Shown piece by piece: positions 28,701-37,789 of a DNA stretch of 64,000 bases (the first letter of the stretch is position 1; every line of letters starts with the position of its first letter). Made by a program: the position numbers and the translations under genes. Origin of the DNA: Polyangiaceae bacterium. GTDB lineage: Bacteria > Myxococcota_A > Polyangia > Polyangiales > Polyangiaceae. The DNA lies in the NCBI GenBank assembly GCA_033763455.1, contig JANRKO010000006.1:678986-742985 (forward strand). The letters are read 5' to 3'. The notes beneath the pieces were generated by a model that was not told the DNA's origin, did no database searches, and saw nothing but the letters and a program-made list of their open reading frames with translations.

Positions 28701-29003
28701 AATCCTATCAGCTCTTGGTAGACGGCAACAGATTAGCTCAACGCGCCTGGCGCGGATAGCCCGCGAACCCAGCTCGCACCCTCTTCTTCCACTCGCGGTC
28801 CTGTTTGCTCCAGGTAGCACCGGGAGTCAAGCATTCCCGCAAGGGTGAGTTGAATTTGTCCCAAGCGCAATAAGCTCTGAATCGAAGACATGTGCTGGTG
28901 CAAACGCATGAGGTAAACCGTACCAGGTTAGCTTCGCGCGGGGGGAGCTCGTCAAGCCCCGGCTTCTTTTTTGGTGCCCCGCAACAAAGCGGAAATGCTC
29001 GGC

Positions 29004-30548
29004 TTAGCGCTTCTTCTCGGAAGAAGCCTTTGCTTCCGGCTCGAACAGGGGCATGCCTGCTTTCTCCGTCCACCCCCGCTCTGCGTAGGGACCCGGCTCG
29101 CGCCGTTCCGAAATTTCGTCACCGTCCCCCTGGGTCATCACCAACAATTCGTCCGCTAGATATTCGGGGCTCGGATCGTCCTTGGGCTTGCCTGCGGCGC
29201 TCTTGGACGCCTCACCTGAGCCCACCCGGATAATCTGAGTGGTGGGGGGGTAGACGTCACGAAAACGTTCGCGTACCGCATGCGCACCGTCACGGATGAT
29301 GCGGTAGCGCCGCAGCTTGAAGCCTGGCACGCCTCGTTGCGCCAACACTCTAGTGTTGGTCGGAAGATTTTCATCAGGCCGTTCGACTTCTTCGTAAGGG
29401 ATCACTCCCTCGATGCGTCGGATGAGTGTGACCGTTCGGGCCCGCTCGGGACCCAGAATGGCTGCTTGAACGCGACCGTTGCTCACTGTTTCGTGGAGCA
29501 CGACTGGGAATGGATACGGGTTCTTCACCCTGAAGTTGATGGTTGGGTACACCACCGTCGCATCGAGCCCCAGCTTGATGTAGGCGCTGGGGCGTGTGTG
29601 CGGGTAACGCTCCACAATGTCGAGGCCAGCAAAAAAGGCCGCCCCGTGCAAGGTGCCGGAGATCTGGCACGTGCCTCCGCCGATTCCGTCTACGAGCTCG
29701 CCCTCCGCTATCACGTGCGCAACCTTGTAGCCGTTCGCTTCGTCGCGAGGCCCCACCACCTCGTTGAAGTCAAAGGTTTCGCCCGGCAAAAGCACCGTGC
29801 CGTCCAACTTGGAAGCGGCGAGCCTTAGGTTGAAGGCTCTGGCTTCGAAGCGCTGCGAGCGATCGTAGTTGGTTTCAAACTGCGCTAACGCCCGATCAAA
29901 CTTGACTGCGCCAAGCTCGCTGGCTCGGCGCTTAGGCGGCGTGAGTTCGAAATCTGCGTTGGCCGATAAGGTTCCCTCAGCGAGGGCTTGCCGAATGTTA
30001 TGAAGGGTTCGGTCGACATCCAGAAAACGCCCTTCCACCTCAGGTACCGTCACGCGGCGCGTGAGATCTAGGCGTGCGTCAACGGGGGCTCGATCCAGCT
30101 TGTCCTTCAGGCCAAGTAGCGTAGGTACGGCAGCCTCCAAGTTAACCGATAGCGCTGTCGGCAAAGTGAGTGCCGGGTGGTCGGGCCCTGGGCGGAACTT
30201 TCGCCGGAGTGCGCTCGTCTCGTCTTTAGCATCGCGCACGAGCCGAGCGAGCCGCGCGCGATCTAACTCCACGCCGAGCCGCGCCATGGGGAACTCCCGC
30301 ACTTCGCCGCCCGGAAGCCGCAGCGCGAAGCTGCGTTTGAGAAGCCGGCGCACTCGCCCCAAAGCCTCGTCTTTGGCGTTGTCGTTGAGCAAGAGTGGGG
30401 TCCCGAGAAGGCGTACTTCGGGGGCCTTGTGGCTTCCACCGCTCGACACGCCAAGTGGCACAAGCACGAGCCCTACAAGGCAGCCGGAAAGCGCCGCCAC
30501 ACTGATCACGAGTGCGCTTTTACTCCTGAGCCAAGTTGGAAAGTGCAT
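29004..30548 (-). CDS. VanW family protein (TM anchor, PG-binding-like region, VanW, G5)
   Basis: NLRLAASKLDGTVLLPGETFDFNEVVGPR, GIGGGTCQISGTLH, ERYPH, GLDATV; C-terminal G5-like PYEEVER...QRGVPG; start uncertain (30548 or 30602). Confidence 0.88.
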   Translation of the reverse strand: MHFPTWLRSKSALVISVAALSGCLVGLVLVPLGVSSGGSHKAPEVRLLGTPLLLNDNAKDEALGRVRRLLKRSFALRLPGGEVREFPMARLGVELDRARLARLVRDAKDETSALRRKFRPGPDHPALTLPTALSVNLEAAVPTLLGLKDKLDRAPVDARLDLTRRVTVPEVEGRFLDVDRTLHNIRQALAEGTLSANADFELTPPKRRASELGAVKFDRALAQFETNYDRSQRFEARAFNLRLAASKLDGTVLLPGETFDFNEVVGPRDEANGYKVAHVIAEGELVDGIGGGTCQISGTLHGAAFFAGLDIVERYPHTRPSAYIKLGLDATVVYPTINFRVKNPYPFPVVLHETVSNGRVQAAILGPERARTVTLIRRIEGVIPYEEVERPDENLPTNTRVLAQRGVPGFKLRRYRIIRDGAHAVRERFRDVYPPTTQIIRVGSGEASKSAAGKPKDDPSPEYLADELLVMTQGDGDEISERREPGPYAERGWTEKAGMPLFEPEAKASSEKKR

Positions 30549-30632
30549 GGCTGGCGCATCAAACGAGCCTCTTTCTGCGAAGTCAAGCGCCGCAGTTGTC
30601 AATTGTCGCGATCCGCGTCACATGCGGTGTCG

Positions 30633-32576
30633 GTGCTCCCAACCGCGGTCAGCCAGAAGCTTTTGTCCCTCCCTGCGAGTCCAGGCTGCTACCTCTTTCG
30701 GGACAAACACGGTCAAGCCTTGTACGTGGGAAAGGCCAAGAGCCTGCGCTCGCGTGTGAGAAGCTACTTCCAGCCGAGCTCCAGCGATGATCGCGCGTTC
30801 ATCCCACTCCTGCACCGCCAGATTGGAGATTTTGACACCATCGTGGTGGGCAGTGAGAAAGAAGCCGCAATCCTTGAAAACAGCCTCATCAAGGAGCACC
30901 AGCCTAAGTACAACGTCAAGCTGCGCGACGACAAAGAGTACCTTAGCCTACGCCTAGCCAAAGACCACGCTTGGCCTCGGCTTGAGCTGGTTCGGAAACC
31001 GAAGTTGGATAAGGCTAGGTACTTTGGCCCTTATCATTCGGCGACGGCAGCACGCCGGACGCTCCACCTGGTCGAAAAGCATTTTCAGCTCCGAACATGC
31101 TCTGATCGCGAACTCGCTTCACGCAAACGCCCATGCCTCCAATATCAGATCAAGCGGTGCCCCGGGCCATGCGTGATGGAAGTGGATGCGGCGGCCTATG
31201 CTCAACAGGTGCGCGCTGTAGGCCTCTTTTTGGATGGGCGGCACGATGAACTCACGAGCGAACTTCAGGAACGCATGCAGGCGGCGGCCGCAGCGTTTGA
31301 ATACGAACTGGCAGCGACCTATCGCGATCAACTTTCGGCCGTGAACTCGATTCGAGAAGAACAGCGGGTGGTGAGCGCAGGCGACCGCGATCAAGACGTT
31401 ATCGGCATGTATCGACAGGGGGATTTGCTGGAGATGCAGGTGCTCTACGTCCGCTGTGGGCGTGTGATCGATCGCGCGAGCTTTTCCGCGAAGGGCGTGG
31501 AACTGCCAGATGAAGAGGTGGTGAGCGGTTTCCTCCGCGATCACTATGGAGAAGGGGGCCCGGGGCAGGCTCGTTTTCCGGACGAAGTGTTGGTGCCCGT
31601 ATTGCCTGAGGCGCACGCTGGCATCGAAGATTGGCTGGCTGAACAGCGCGCGGAACACGAAAAAGCGCGGGGAGATAGGCTTTCACGTACCGAAATCTTG
31701 GCCCCTTCGCGGGGTCCCAAAAATGAGCTTCTGCAGCTAGCGATGGAGAACGCTCGCCATGCATTTGAAGAGAAGCGGCGTGCGGTTGATGACATCCAGG
31801 CGCGGCTCGCTAAGGTCCAAGCTCGCCTCCGCCTTCCAACTCTCCCACGGCGCATCGAGTGTTGCGACATTTCGCATCTGGGAGGAAAGGATACGGTGGG
31901 GGCCGTTGTTGCACTCACCGATGGGGTGCCCGACAAGAAGAAGTACCGCACTTATCACGTGAAGGGTGTGGAGGAAGGGGATGACTACGGCGCTATGTAT
32001 CAGGTGTTATTAAGGCGCTTTCGGCGGGGCCGCGATGCTGAAAGCGAGGCTCCGGGTGAGGCGTCTGGAGATTTGGCCTCTGAAGAGAATGTTAGAGAGT
32101 GGGAGTTGCCTGACCTATTTGTAGTAGATGGCGGCAGGGGCCAATTGGCTGTAGCTCTGGCTGCTGCGGGCGATCTTGGGCTTCATGATCTCTGCGTGGT
32201 TGGCCTCGCGAAAGAGAAAGAAAAGCCCACCGCCGAAAAGGTGGTCGACCGCGTGTATTTGCCCGGACAGCTAAATCCTATTCCGCTCCGCAACAACAGC
32301 ACCGAGCTGTTTCTCTTGGCACTCGCGCGTGACGAAGCTCATCGGTTCGCCAACCGTGGCCGTTCGAGCCTGGGAAAGCGTCGAAGGTTCACATCCAAGC
32401 TCGACACAGTGCCGGGCATCGGGCCGAAAACTCGGAAGGCTCTGCTCAAAGCCTTGGGTAGCCTCGACGCCATTCGGAATGCCAGTGATGCGGCTATTTT
32501 AGAGGCTGGGGCGAATCGGGCCCAGCTGGCGGCCATTCGCGCCGCGCTTGGCCCAGCCGAAACCTCCGACAACTAA
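30633..32576 (+). CDS. uvrC: Excinuclease ABC subunit C
   Basis: GIY-YIG (PGCYLF..LYVGKAKSLRSRVRSYF), YFGPY, RPCLQYQIKRC, RIECCDISH, DDY, VDGGRGQL, RDEAHRFA, HhH GIGPK; start approximate. Confidence 0.96.
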   Translation: MLPTAVSQKLLSLPASPGCYLFRDKHGQALYVGKAKSLRSRVRSYFQPSSSDDRAFIPLLHRQIGDFDTIVVGSEKEAAILENSLIKEHQPKYNVKLRDDKEYLSLRLAKDHAWPRLELVRKPKLDKARYFGPYHSATAARRTLHLVEKHFQLRTCSDRELASRKRPCLQYQIKRCPGPCVMEVDAAAYAQQVRAVGLFLDGRHDELTSELQERMQAAAAAFEYELAATYRDQLSAVNSIREEQRVVSAGDRDQDVIGMYRQGDLLEMQVLYVRCGRVIDRASFSAKGVELPDEEVVSGFLRDHYGEGGPGQARFPDEVLVPVLPEAHAGIEDWLAEQRAEHEKARGDRLSRTEILAPSRGPKNELLQLAMENARHAFEEKRRAVDDIQARLAKVQARLRLPTLPRRIECCDISHLGGKDTVGAVVALTDGVPDKKKYRTYHVKGVEEGDDYGAMYQVLLRRFRRGRDAESEAPGEASGDLASEENVREWELPDLFVVDGGRGQLAVALAAAGDLGLHDLCVVGLAKEKEKPTAEKVVDRVYLPGQLNPIPLRNNSTELFLLALARDEAHRFANRGRSSLGKRRRFTSKLDTVPGIGPKTRKALLKALGSLDAIRNASDAAILEAGANRAQLAAIRAALGPAETSDN

Positions 32577-32654
32577 GTTGGCAGCCTAGGCTCCTGGTGC
32601 AACCAAGTTGCCAACTGGAGTTCCGCTTACGGCTCGTCAATAAGCGGAACGTGT

Positions 32655-32671
32655 TAGGCACGGGCCTTGCT
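32655..32671 (+). promoter_or_regulatory. Putative sigma54 (-24/-12) promoter
   Basis: TAGGCACGGGCCTTGCT matches GGCACG-N4-TTGC with correct GG-N10-GC spacing. Confidence 0.6.
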
Positions 32672-32703
32672 GAGGTGTGGCTCGGATGTGCGGCTTGAGC
32701 GAA

Positions 32704-32732
32704 TTGACAAAGAAGGCTGAGCCCCATACGCT
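32704..32732 (+). promoter_or_regulatory. Putative sigma70 promoter
   Basis: TTGACA-17 bp-TACGCT, about 45 bp upstream of the ATG at 32778. Confidence 0.6.
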
Positions 32733-32777
32733 CCGCCCGCCAAAAAAGCCTGCGTTTTTCAGGAATTGGAGACATCG

Positions 32778-35243
32778 ATGATCATGAGGCCCACCAAGTC
32801 TACGACCAGCAAGCTCGGTCGTGTTGTGCGCATTTCCCTCGCGACGGTCGCGTGCGCTACTGCAGCTCTCGGGTTTACAGCCGCCTGTTTGGAGCGCCCC
32901 GTCGTTCCGGCGAAGCCGCAAACCACCAACCTTTTCGTCGATCAGATCCGGCAAACCACGATCGATAAGATCGACTTGCTCTTCGAGATCGATAACTCGA
33001 TCTCGATGTCGGATAAGCAGGCAATCCTAAAGGAGGCCGTGCCGACGCTCCTCAGGCGCCTGATTAATCCGAACTGCGTTAAGAAGGACGATGCCTCGAT
33101 GGTCACGATGGCAGTCAACAACGCCTGCCCGGCCGGCTACGAGCGCGAGTTCAGCCCCGTTGCGGATATTCACATCGGCGTGATTTCATCGAGTCTGGGT
33201 GGGCATGGTGGCACGGCGTGTACGGACAAAGATCCCAGCTGGAAGGTCGATAAGAACGATGCCGGGCGCCTCATCGGTACGCTCGACCGAGGCAAAGCTA
33301 TCCCCACGTACAGCTCGCTTGGCTTCCTCCAGTGGGATCCAACCTCAAAGAAGATGCCTCCAGGCGAGACTAGCGGAGACGCCCTGATCGCGAATTTTCA
33401 GGAAATGGTGGTTAAAGCGGGCGAGCAGGGCTGCGGCTACGAGGCTCAGCTCGAGTCTTGGTATCGTTTTCTAGTGGATCCGGCGCCGTACGCGTCGGTT
33501 TCCCAGGTGAACAGCGCCACGGTTAAAGCCGGCCTCGATCAAGCTGTTTTGGATCAGCGCAAGGCGTTCCTCCGAGCTGATTCGCTCCTGGCGATCATCA
33601 TGCTCACGGACGAGAATGATTGCTCTGTGATCGATGAAAGCTTGGGCTGGTTGGTAGGTACCACAGCGATCGATTCGGCTGGGGTCCAGAAGACTTTTAA
33701 CATGATCAAGCCCACGAGCACCTGCGATACGGAGCCGAACAGCCCTTGCTGTCGTTCTTGCGCAGTGCTCGGCAATCCCCCAGCGGGCTGCGGCCCCGTT
33801 GCGGCAGACCCCAACTGCACGCCGGATGCCGCCAACAACAACTCGCTCGCCTTGAAGGCGGCCGACGACCCTGCAAATCTTCGCTGCTTCAATCAGAAGA
33901 AGCGTTTTGGTTTGGACCTTCTCTACCCTACCGAGCGCTACGTGTACGCACTTCAGTCGGAGACCTTGCCGGATCCGAGCGACCCGACGGGGATGAAGAA
34001 GATCAAGAACCCGATCTACGACGATCCAAGCAAGACTGCACCGTTCATTCGTGGGCCAGAGCTAGTTTTCTTGGCGGGTATCGTGGGCGTGCCGTGGCAA
34101 GATATTGCGGACGATGCAAGCCTCACGGGTACGGGTCTGAAGTACAAGACGTGGACGGAGCTGAGCGTGAAGGACGCAGCTGGGGCAACCGTATGGGATG
34201 ATATCTTGGGTGTTCCGAACACCGGGTTGAATCCGAAAGATCCGCTCATGATTGAGTCGGTGGCGCCTCGAACGGGAACCAATCCGCGCCTAGCTAAGGC
34301 CCTCGCACCGCCCACCTCGACGAACCCGAGAGAGAACCCGATCAACGGTCATGAGTTTAACAACGTTGATAAGGACGATCTGCAGTACGCCTGTATCTTC
34401 GAGTTAGCGGAGCCGAAAAACTGCCTCACTACCATGGGCGGTTGCGATTGCGGGAGCATGCCCGGCATGACCATGGGCAGTGACTTGGCGGCCATAACCA
34501 AGAAGGTTACGGATAACAACAGCCCGCTCTGCAATCCCCCTGCAGGTGGCGCGCCTTCCACCACGCAATATTTCGCAAAGGGTTACCCCGGCCTCCGCAT
34601 TCTACAGGTGCTGAAGGATTTCGGTCCCAACTCGATCGTGGCCTCCATCTGCCCGAAGCTTTCGGCGGCTGCTCAAAAAGCCGATCCGAGCTACGGGTAC
34701 AACCCGGCCGTTGCAGCGATTATCGACCGCTTGAAGGAAGCTCTCGGTGGCCGTTGTCTGCCGCGTAAGCTTACCCCTGACAAGGAAACCGGTAAGGTTC
34801 CGTGCAAGGTGATTGAGGCGCGTAAGCCCAAAGAGGGAGAAACCTGTGGTTGCGGGCCCGGCCGCGAGCCTGGCATCGTTGGGTCCACGCCAGAGACCGA
34901 GAAGCTAGGTCAAGCGGTGCTGTTAGAGTTGCAAAAGCAGAAAACCTGCACGGATGCGGCCTCGTGCGCCAGCATCTGCATGTGTGAGGTGACTCAGCTG
35001 GCTAAAGATCCCGGCTGTGAAGTTTCCGATCCTCCGCCAGCAGGCAAAGCAGGTTACTGCTACATTGATGCCGCTCAGGGCATCGGTTCGGCAGCGCTGC
35101 TCACGGCTTGCCCCGCCTCTGAGAAGCGAAAGCTCCGCTTCGTGGGTGAAAATACGCCGGCATCGGGCGCAACCACGTTCATTGCTTGCGCGGGTGCTTC
35201 GGCTGACGATGACCCCGTGGTCGCGCCGGCTCCGGCCATGTAA
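32778..35243 (+). CDS. Large Cys-rich lipoprotein with VWA/MIDAS motif (CglB-like myxobacterial surface protein)
   Basis: GGAG RBS; FTAAC lipobox; KIDLLFEIDNSISM (DxSxS), IHIGVISSSLG, GCGYEAQLES, LLAIIMLTDENDCS; about 30 Cys. Confidence 0.8.
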   Translation: MIMRPTKSTTSKLGRVVRISLATVACATAALGFTAACLERPVVPAKPQTTNLFVDQIRQTTIDKIDLLFEIDNSISMSDKQAILKEAVPTLLRRLINPNCVKKDDASMVTMAVNNACPAGYEREFSPVADIHIGVISSSLGGHGGTACTDKDPSWKVDKNDAGRLIGTLDRGKAIPTYSSLGFLQWDPTSKKMPPGETSGDALIANFQEMVVKAGEQGCGYEAQLESWYRFLVDPAPYASVSQVNSATVKAGLDQAVLDQRKAFLRADSLLAIIMLTDENDCSVIDESLGWLVGTTAIDSAGVQKTFNMIKPTSTCDTEPNSPCCRSCAVLGNPPAGCGPVAADPNCTPDAANNNSLALKAADDPANLRCFNQKKRFGLDLLYPTERYVYALQSETLPDPSDPTGMKKIKNPIYDDPSKTAPFIRGPELVFLAGIVGVPWQDIADDASLTGTGLKYKTWTELSVKDAAGATVWDDILGVPNTGLNPKDPLMIESVAPRTGTNPRLAKALAPPTSTNPRENPINGHEFNNVDKDDLQYACIFELAEPKNCLTTMGGCDCGSMPGMTMGSDLAAITKKVTDNNSPLCNPPAGGAPSTTQYFAKGYPGLRILQVLKDFGPNSIVASICPKLSAAAQKADPSYGYNPAVAAIIDRLKEALGGRCLPRKLTPDKETGKVPCKVIEARKPKEGETCGCGPGREPGIVGSTPETEKLGQAVLLELQKQKTCTDAASCASICMCEVTQLAKDPGCEVSDPPPAGKAGYCYIDAAQGIGSAALLTACPASEKRKLRFVGENTPASGATTFIACAGASADDDPVVAPAPAM

Positions 35244-35263
35244 TCGAGCAACCGGAAACGCTG

Positions 35264-35300
35264 AGGCCCGTGCTTTTGTAAGCACGGGCCTTTCGCCTTT
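35264..35300 (+). terminator. Rho-independent terminator
   Basis: 12-bp stem AGGCCCGTGCTT/AAGCACGGGCCT, 4-nt loop, followed by TTCGCCTTT, 20 bp after stop. Confidence 0.75.
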
Positions 35301-35315
35301 CTAGGGGTAGCAGAA

Positions 35316-36008
35316 GTGGCTGAACGACGAAAAGCGGTCCTGATCGTTGAGGACGAGCCGCATATAGCGTTGGGGCTCGGGGATGCCCTGAAGTTCGAGG
35401 GCTTCGACGTGCTCGTGGCAGAGACCGGTAAGAAGGGCGTGCAGTTGGCGCGCAGCGAGCACCCGGACGCCATCGTACTTGATTTGATGTTGCCGGATAT
35501 GAACGGCTACCAGGTGTGTGAAGAAATCCGGCGGGGGGATCCAGTGGTTCCCATCATTATGTTAACGGCGAAGAGCCAAGAAGCGGATAAGATCCGCGGG
35601 CTCGATGCTGGCGCGGATGACTACGTGACCAAGCCGTTCGGTGTGGGGGAGCTGGTTGCGCGGTTGCGGGCACTGTTTCGCCGAGCTAACCGCCCGGCAG
35701 ATGTTCAAAGCTTTGAGGTGGGCGATGCTTCAGTCAACTTGAGCGCGCACACCTTGACGCGCAAAGGAAAACGCCCAGAGAAGCTCTCATTTTATGAGGT
35801 GGAGCTCTTGCGCTTGCTGCATGAGCGTTCCGGGCAGCCGGTGAGCCGCGAGGAGATTCTCAACAAGATTTGGGGGCTGGATGCGAGCCCCACCAACCGC
35901 ACGATTGACAATTTCGTGGTGAAGCTCCGAAAGAAGATCGAGCGCAGGCCCGACGAACCGGATCACATTCTGACGGTTTATGGGTTTGGGTATAAGTTCA
36001 TTCCATAG
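35316..36008 (+). CDS. OmpR/PhoB-family response regulator
   Basis: LIVEDE, LDLMLPDMNG, MLTAK, GADDYVTKPF; winged helix RTIDNFVVKLRKKIE..ILTVYGFGYKF. Confidence 0.95.
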   Translation: MAERRKAVLIVEDEPHIALGLGDALKFEGFDVLVAETGKKGVQLARSEHPDAIVLDLMLPDMNGYQVCEEIRRGDPVVPIIMLTAKSQEADKIRGLDAGADDYVTKPFGVGELVARLRALFRRANRPADVQSFEVGDASVNLSAHTLTRKGKRPEKLSFYEVELLRLLHERSGQPVSREEILNKIWGLDASPTNRTIDNFVVKLRKKIERRPDEPDHILTVYGFGYKFIP

Positions 36009-36087
36009 CAATGGGCGTCAAAGCATGCCGAGCACGAGCAACTGGCCTACGCGGGGCAGCGGGCAGCCAGGCATCTTTTCCGTGGCG

Positions 36088-36888
36088 TCAGAAGAATGGC
36101 AATACGTCGCGTAAATCGGTTGGGATGAGAGCTGCCGAATCTAGCAAATTGTCGGGAAAAACCTCCCAGGCTGCCTTTGAATAGCCTGGAGCCAGGCGGT
36201 AACAGGCGAGCCACAGGCTAAAGGTTCCAGGTTCTGGGTTCCCGGGCGGCCCAATTTCTCCGAGCACGGCGCCTTGCGGCAGGCTGCTTCCTTTTGCCAC
36301 CTCGGGTGCGCGTCGTGCAAGGTTGGCAATGACCAAGGCGTAGTACGTGTCACCTGTTCGAGCTTGCACGTGATGGACCGTGACAACGCTCCCGTTCAGC
36401 GCAGGACCTGAGTAAACGACGTCGGCCGAGCCGATTTGGCCAGAAAGCTCCACCAAGGTTGCCGGCGCCGGGGCGGAGCTATCCAGCGTAACGCCGGTTG
36501 GTGGTAACCCCTCGCTTTTCGCCCACCCCAGTGAGACGTTAAACCGGGTGCGCTCCGAAAGCTGTGTGGGCCACCGATAGCGATAGAAGTTGGCTGGCCT
36601 TTCCGGATCTCGAGAGAGAATGTGCCCTTTTATCTCCAGATGACCGCTATGGTCGGCGTGCTCAGGTACCGGCACGCACACTCCTTCAGTGGGCAATTGC
36701 CCAGCGGGGCAGGGGCTTTCAGGCGCCACTGGGCGCCCCGAAGCAGTGGAGGGCGCGGCACTTGAGCCCGATGTGAGCCGCTTTGTGCTGTGCGTCGACG
36801 GCGCGGAGCTCGGCCAAAGCCACGGGGACACCGAGCCGACGGCAAGCATCAGGGCCAGGAGGGTCCACGCTGGGGGGCGGCCATGCAT
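36088..36888 (-). CDS. Hypothetical membrane-anchored protein, possible degenerate M23-like fold
   Basis: N-terminal hydrophobic helix; 'VAKGSSLPQGAVLGEIG' resembles the M23 tail but no HxH/HxxxD motifs. Confidence 0.6.
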   Translation of the reverse strand: MHGRPPAWTLLALMLAVGSVSPWLWPSSAPSTHSTKRLTSGSSAAPSTASGRPVAPESPCPAGQLPTEGVCVPVPEHADHSGHLEIKGHILSRDPERPANFYRYRWPTQLSERTRFNVSLGWAKSEGLPPTGVTLDSSAPAPATLVELSGQIGSADVVYSGPALNGSVVTVHHVQARTGDTYYALVIANLARRAPEVAKGSSLPQGAVLGEIGPPGNPEPGTFSLWLACYRLAPGYSKAAWEVFPDNLLDSAALIPTDLRDVLPFF

Positions 36889-36940
36889 CGCCGGAATATA
36901 ACCGCCGGAGCCGAGGCTGGGCGATTGATTCGAAGAGGGC

Positions 36941-37786
36941 GTGTCTGCTACCGAGGTGGATGTGCAATTGCCTTCCTTGAAGCTGTCCTCGGGGGACGCT
37001 GCGGTTTTTGAGACCTTCGTGGTCCCGCGCTACCTCTCGCTGTTTGGGGAGCTGGCTTTGGGGATGCTCTTGTTGGGGGAAGAGGCGCGGGTGCTCAACG
37101 TGGGGTGTCGCACAGGTTACCCCGACCGCAAGATCTACGAACGCACTGGCATGGGCTTGGTTGTGGGGGTGGATTCGTCTTTGCCTGCGCTGGAGTTAGC
37201 ACGCAACAAGGCGGCGGCCCTAGGCGAGGTGAACATTCACTATCACGCTCTGGATGAGTTACCGGGTGAGATCGACGAGGAGGCTTTTTCCAATGTCCTC
37301 TGCTTGCACCCCACGCTCACCGATGTGCAGAGGCCGCAACTTTTCCGTGAGCTACATTCATATTTGTATGCTGGCGGGCAGGCCATTGTCGCACTTCCTT
37401 TGAAGGGCTCCTTTCTGGAAGTGGCAGATCTCTTTCGCGAATATGCGCTCAAGTTTGACGACGCTGAGTTCGCTGAAAAAATTGAGGTGGCGATGGCTAG
37501 CCGCCCCACCATCGAGACGCTGCAAGAGGAGCTTGAGTCAGCTGGTTTGGATGATATCGACGTGGAGATCCGCCGAACGGAAATCCCGTTCGACAGTGGG
37601 CGCGCCTTTATGGAAGATCCGGTCACGCGCCTCTTGCTGATCCCGGAATTGGCTTCTTGGTTGCCGGGTACAGATCTCAGCCGTCCACTCGAATATGTGC
37701 GCGAGGCCATCGATAAATATTGGTCTGAGGGCAAGCTGGAGCTTTCGCTCAGCGTCGGTTGCGCAAGTGCTCGGCGCTCCGAATAG
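36941..37786 (+). CDS. Class I SAM-dependent methyltransferase-like protein
   Basis: RVLNVGCRTG, VVGVDSS..ALELAR, L..GG motifs. Confidence 0.8.
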   Translation: MSATEVDVQLPSLKLSSGDAAVFETFVVPRYLSLFGELALGMLLLGEEARVLNVGCRTGYPDRKIYERTGMGLVVGVDSSLPALELARNKAAALGEVNIHYHALDELPGEIDEEAFSNVLCLHPTLTDVQRPQLFRELHSYLYAGGQAIVALPLKGSFLEVADLFREYALKFDDAEFAEKIEVAMASRPTIETLQEELESAGLDDIDVEIRRTEIPFDSGRAFMEDPVTRLLLIPELASWLPGTDLSRPLEYVREAIDKYWSEGKLELSLSVGCASARRSE

Positions 37787-37789
37787 TCG

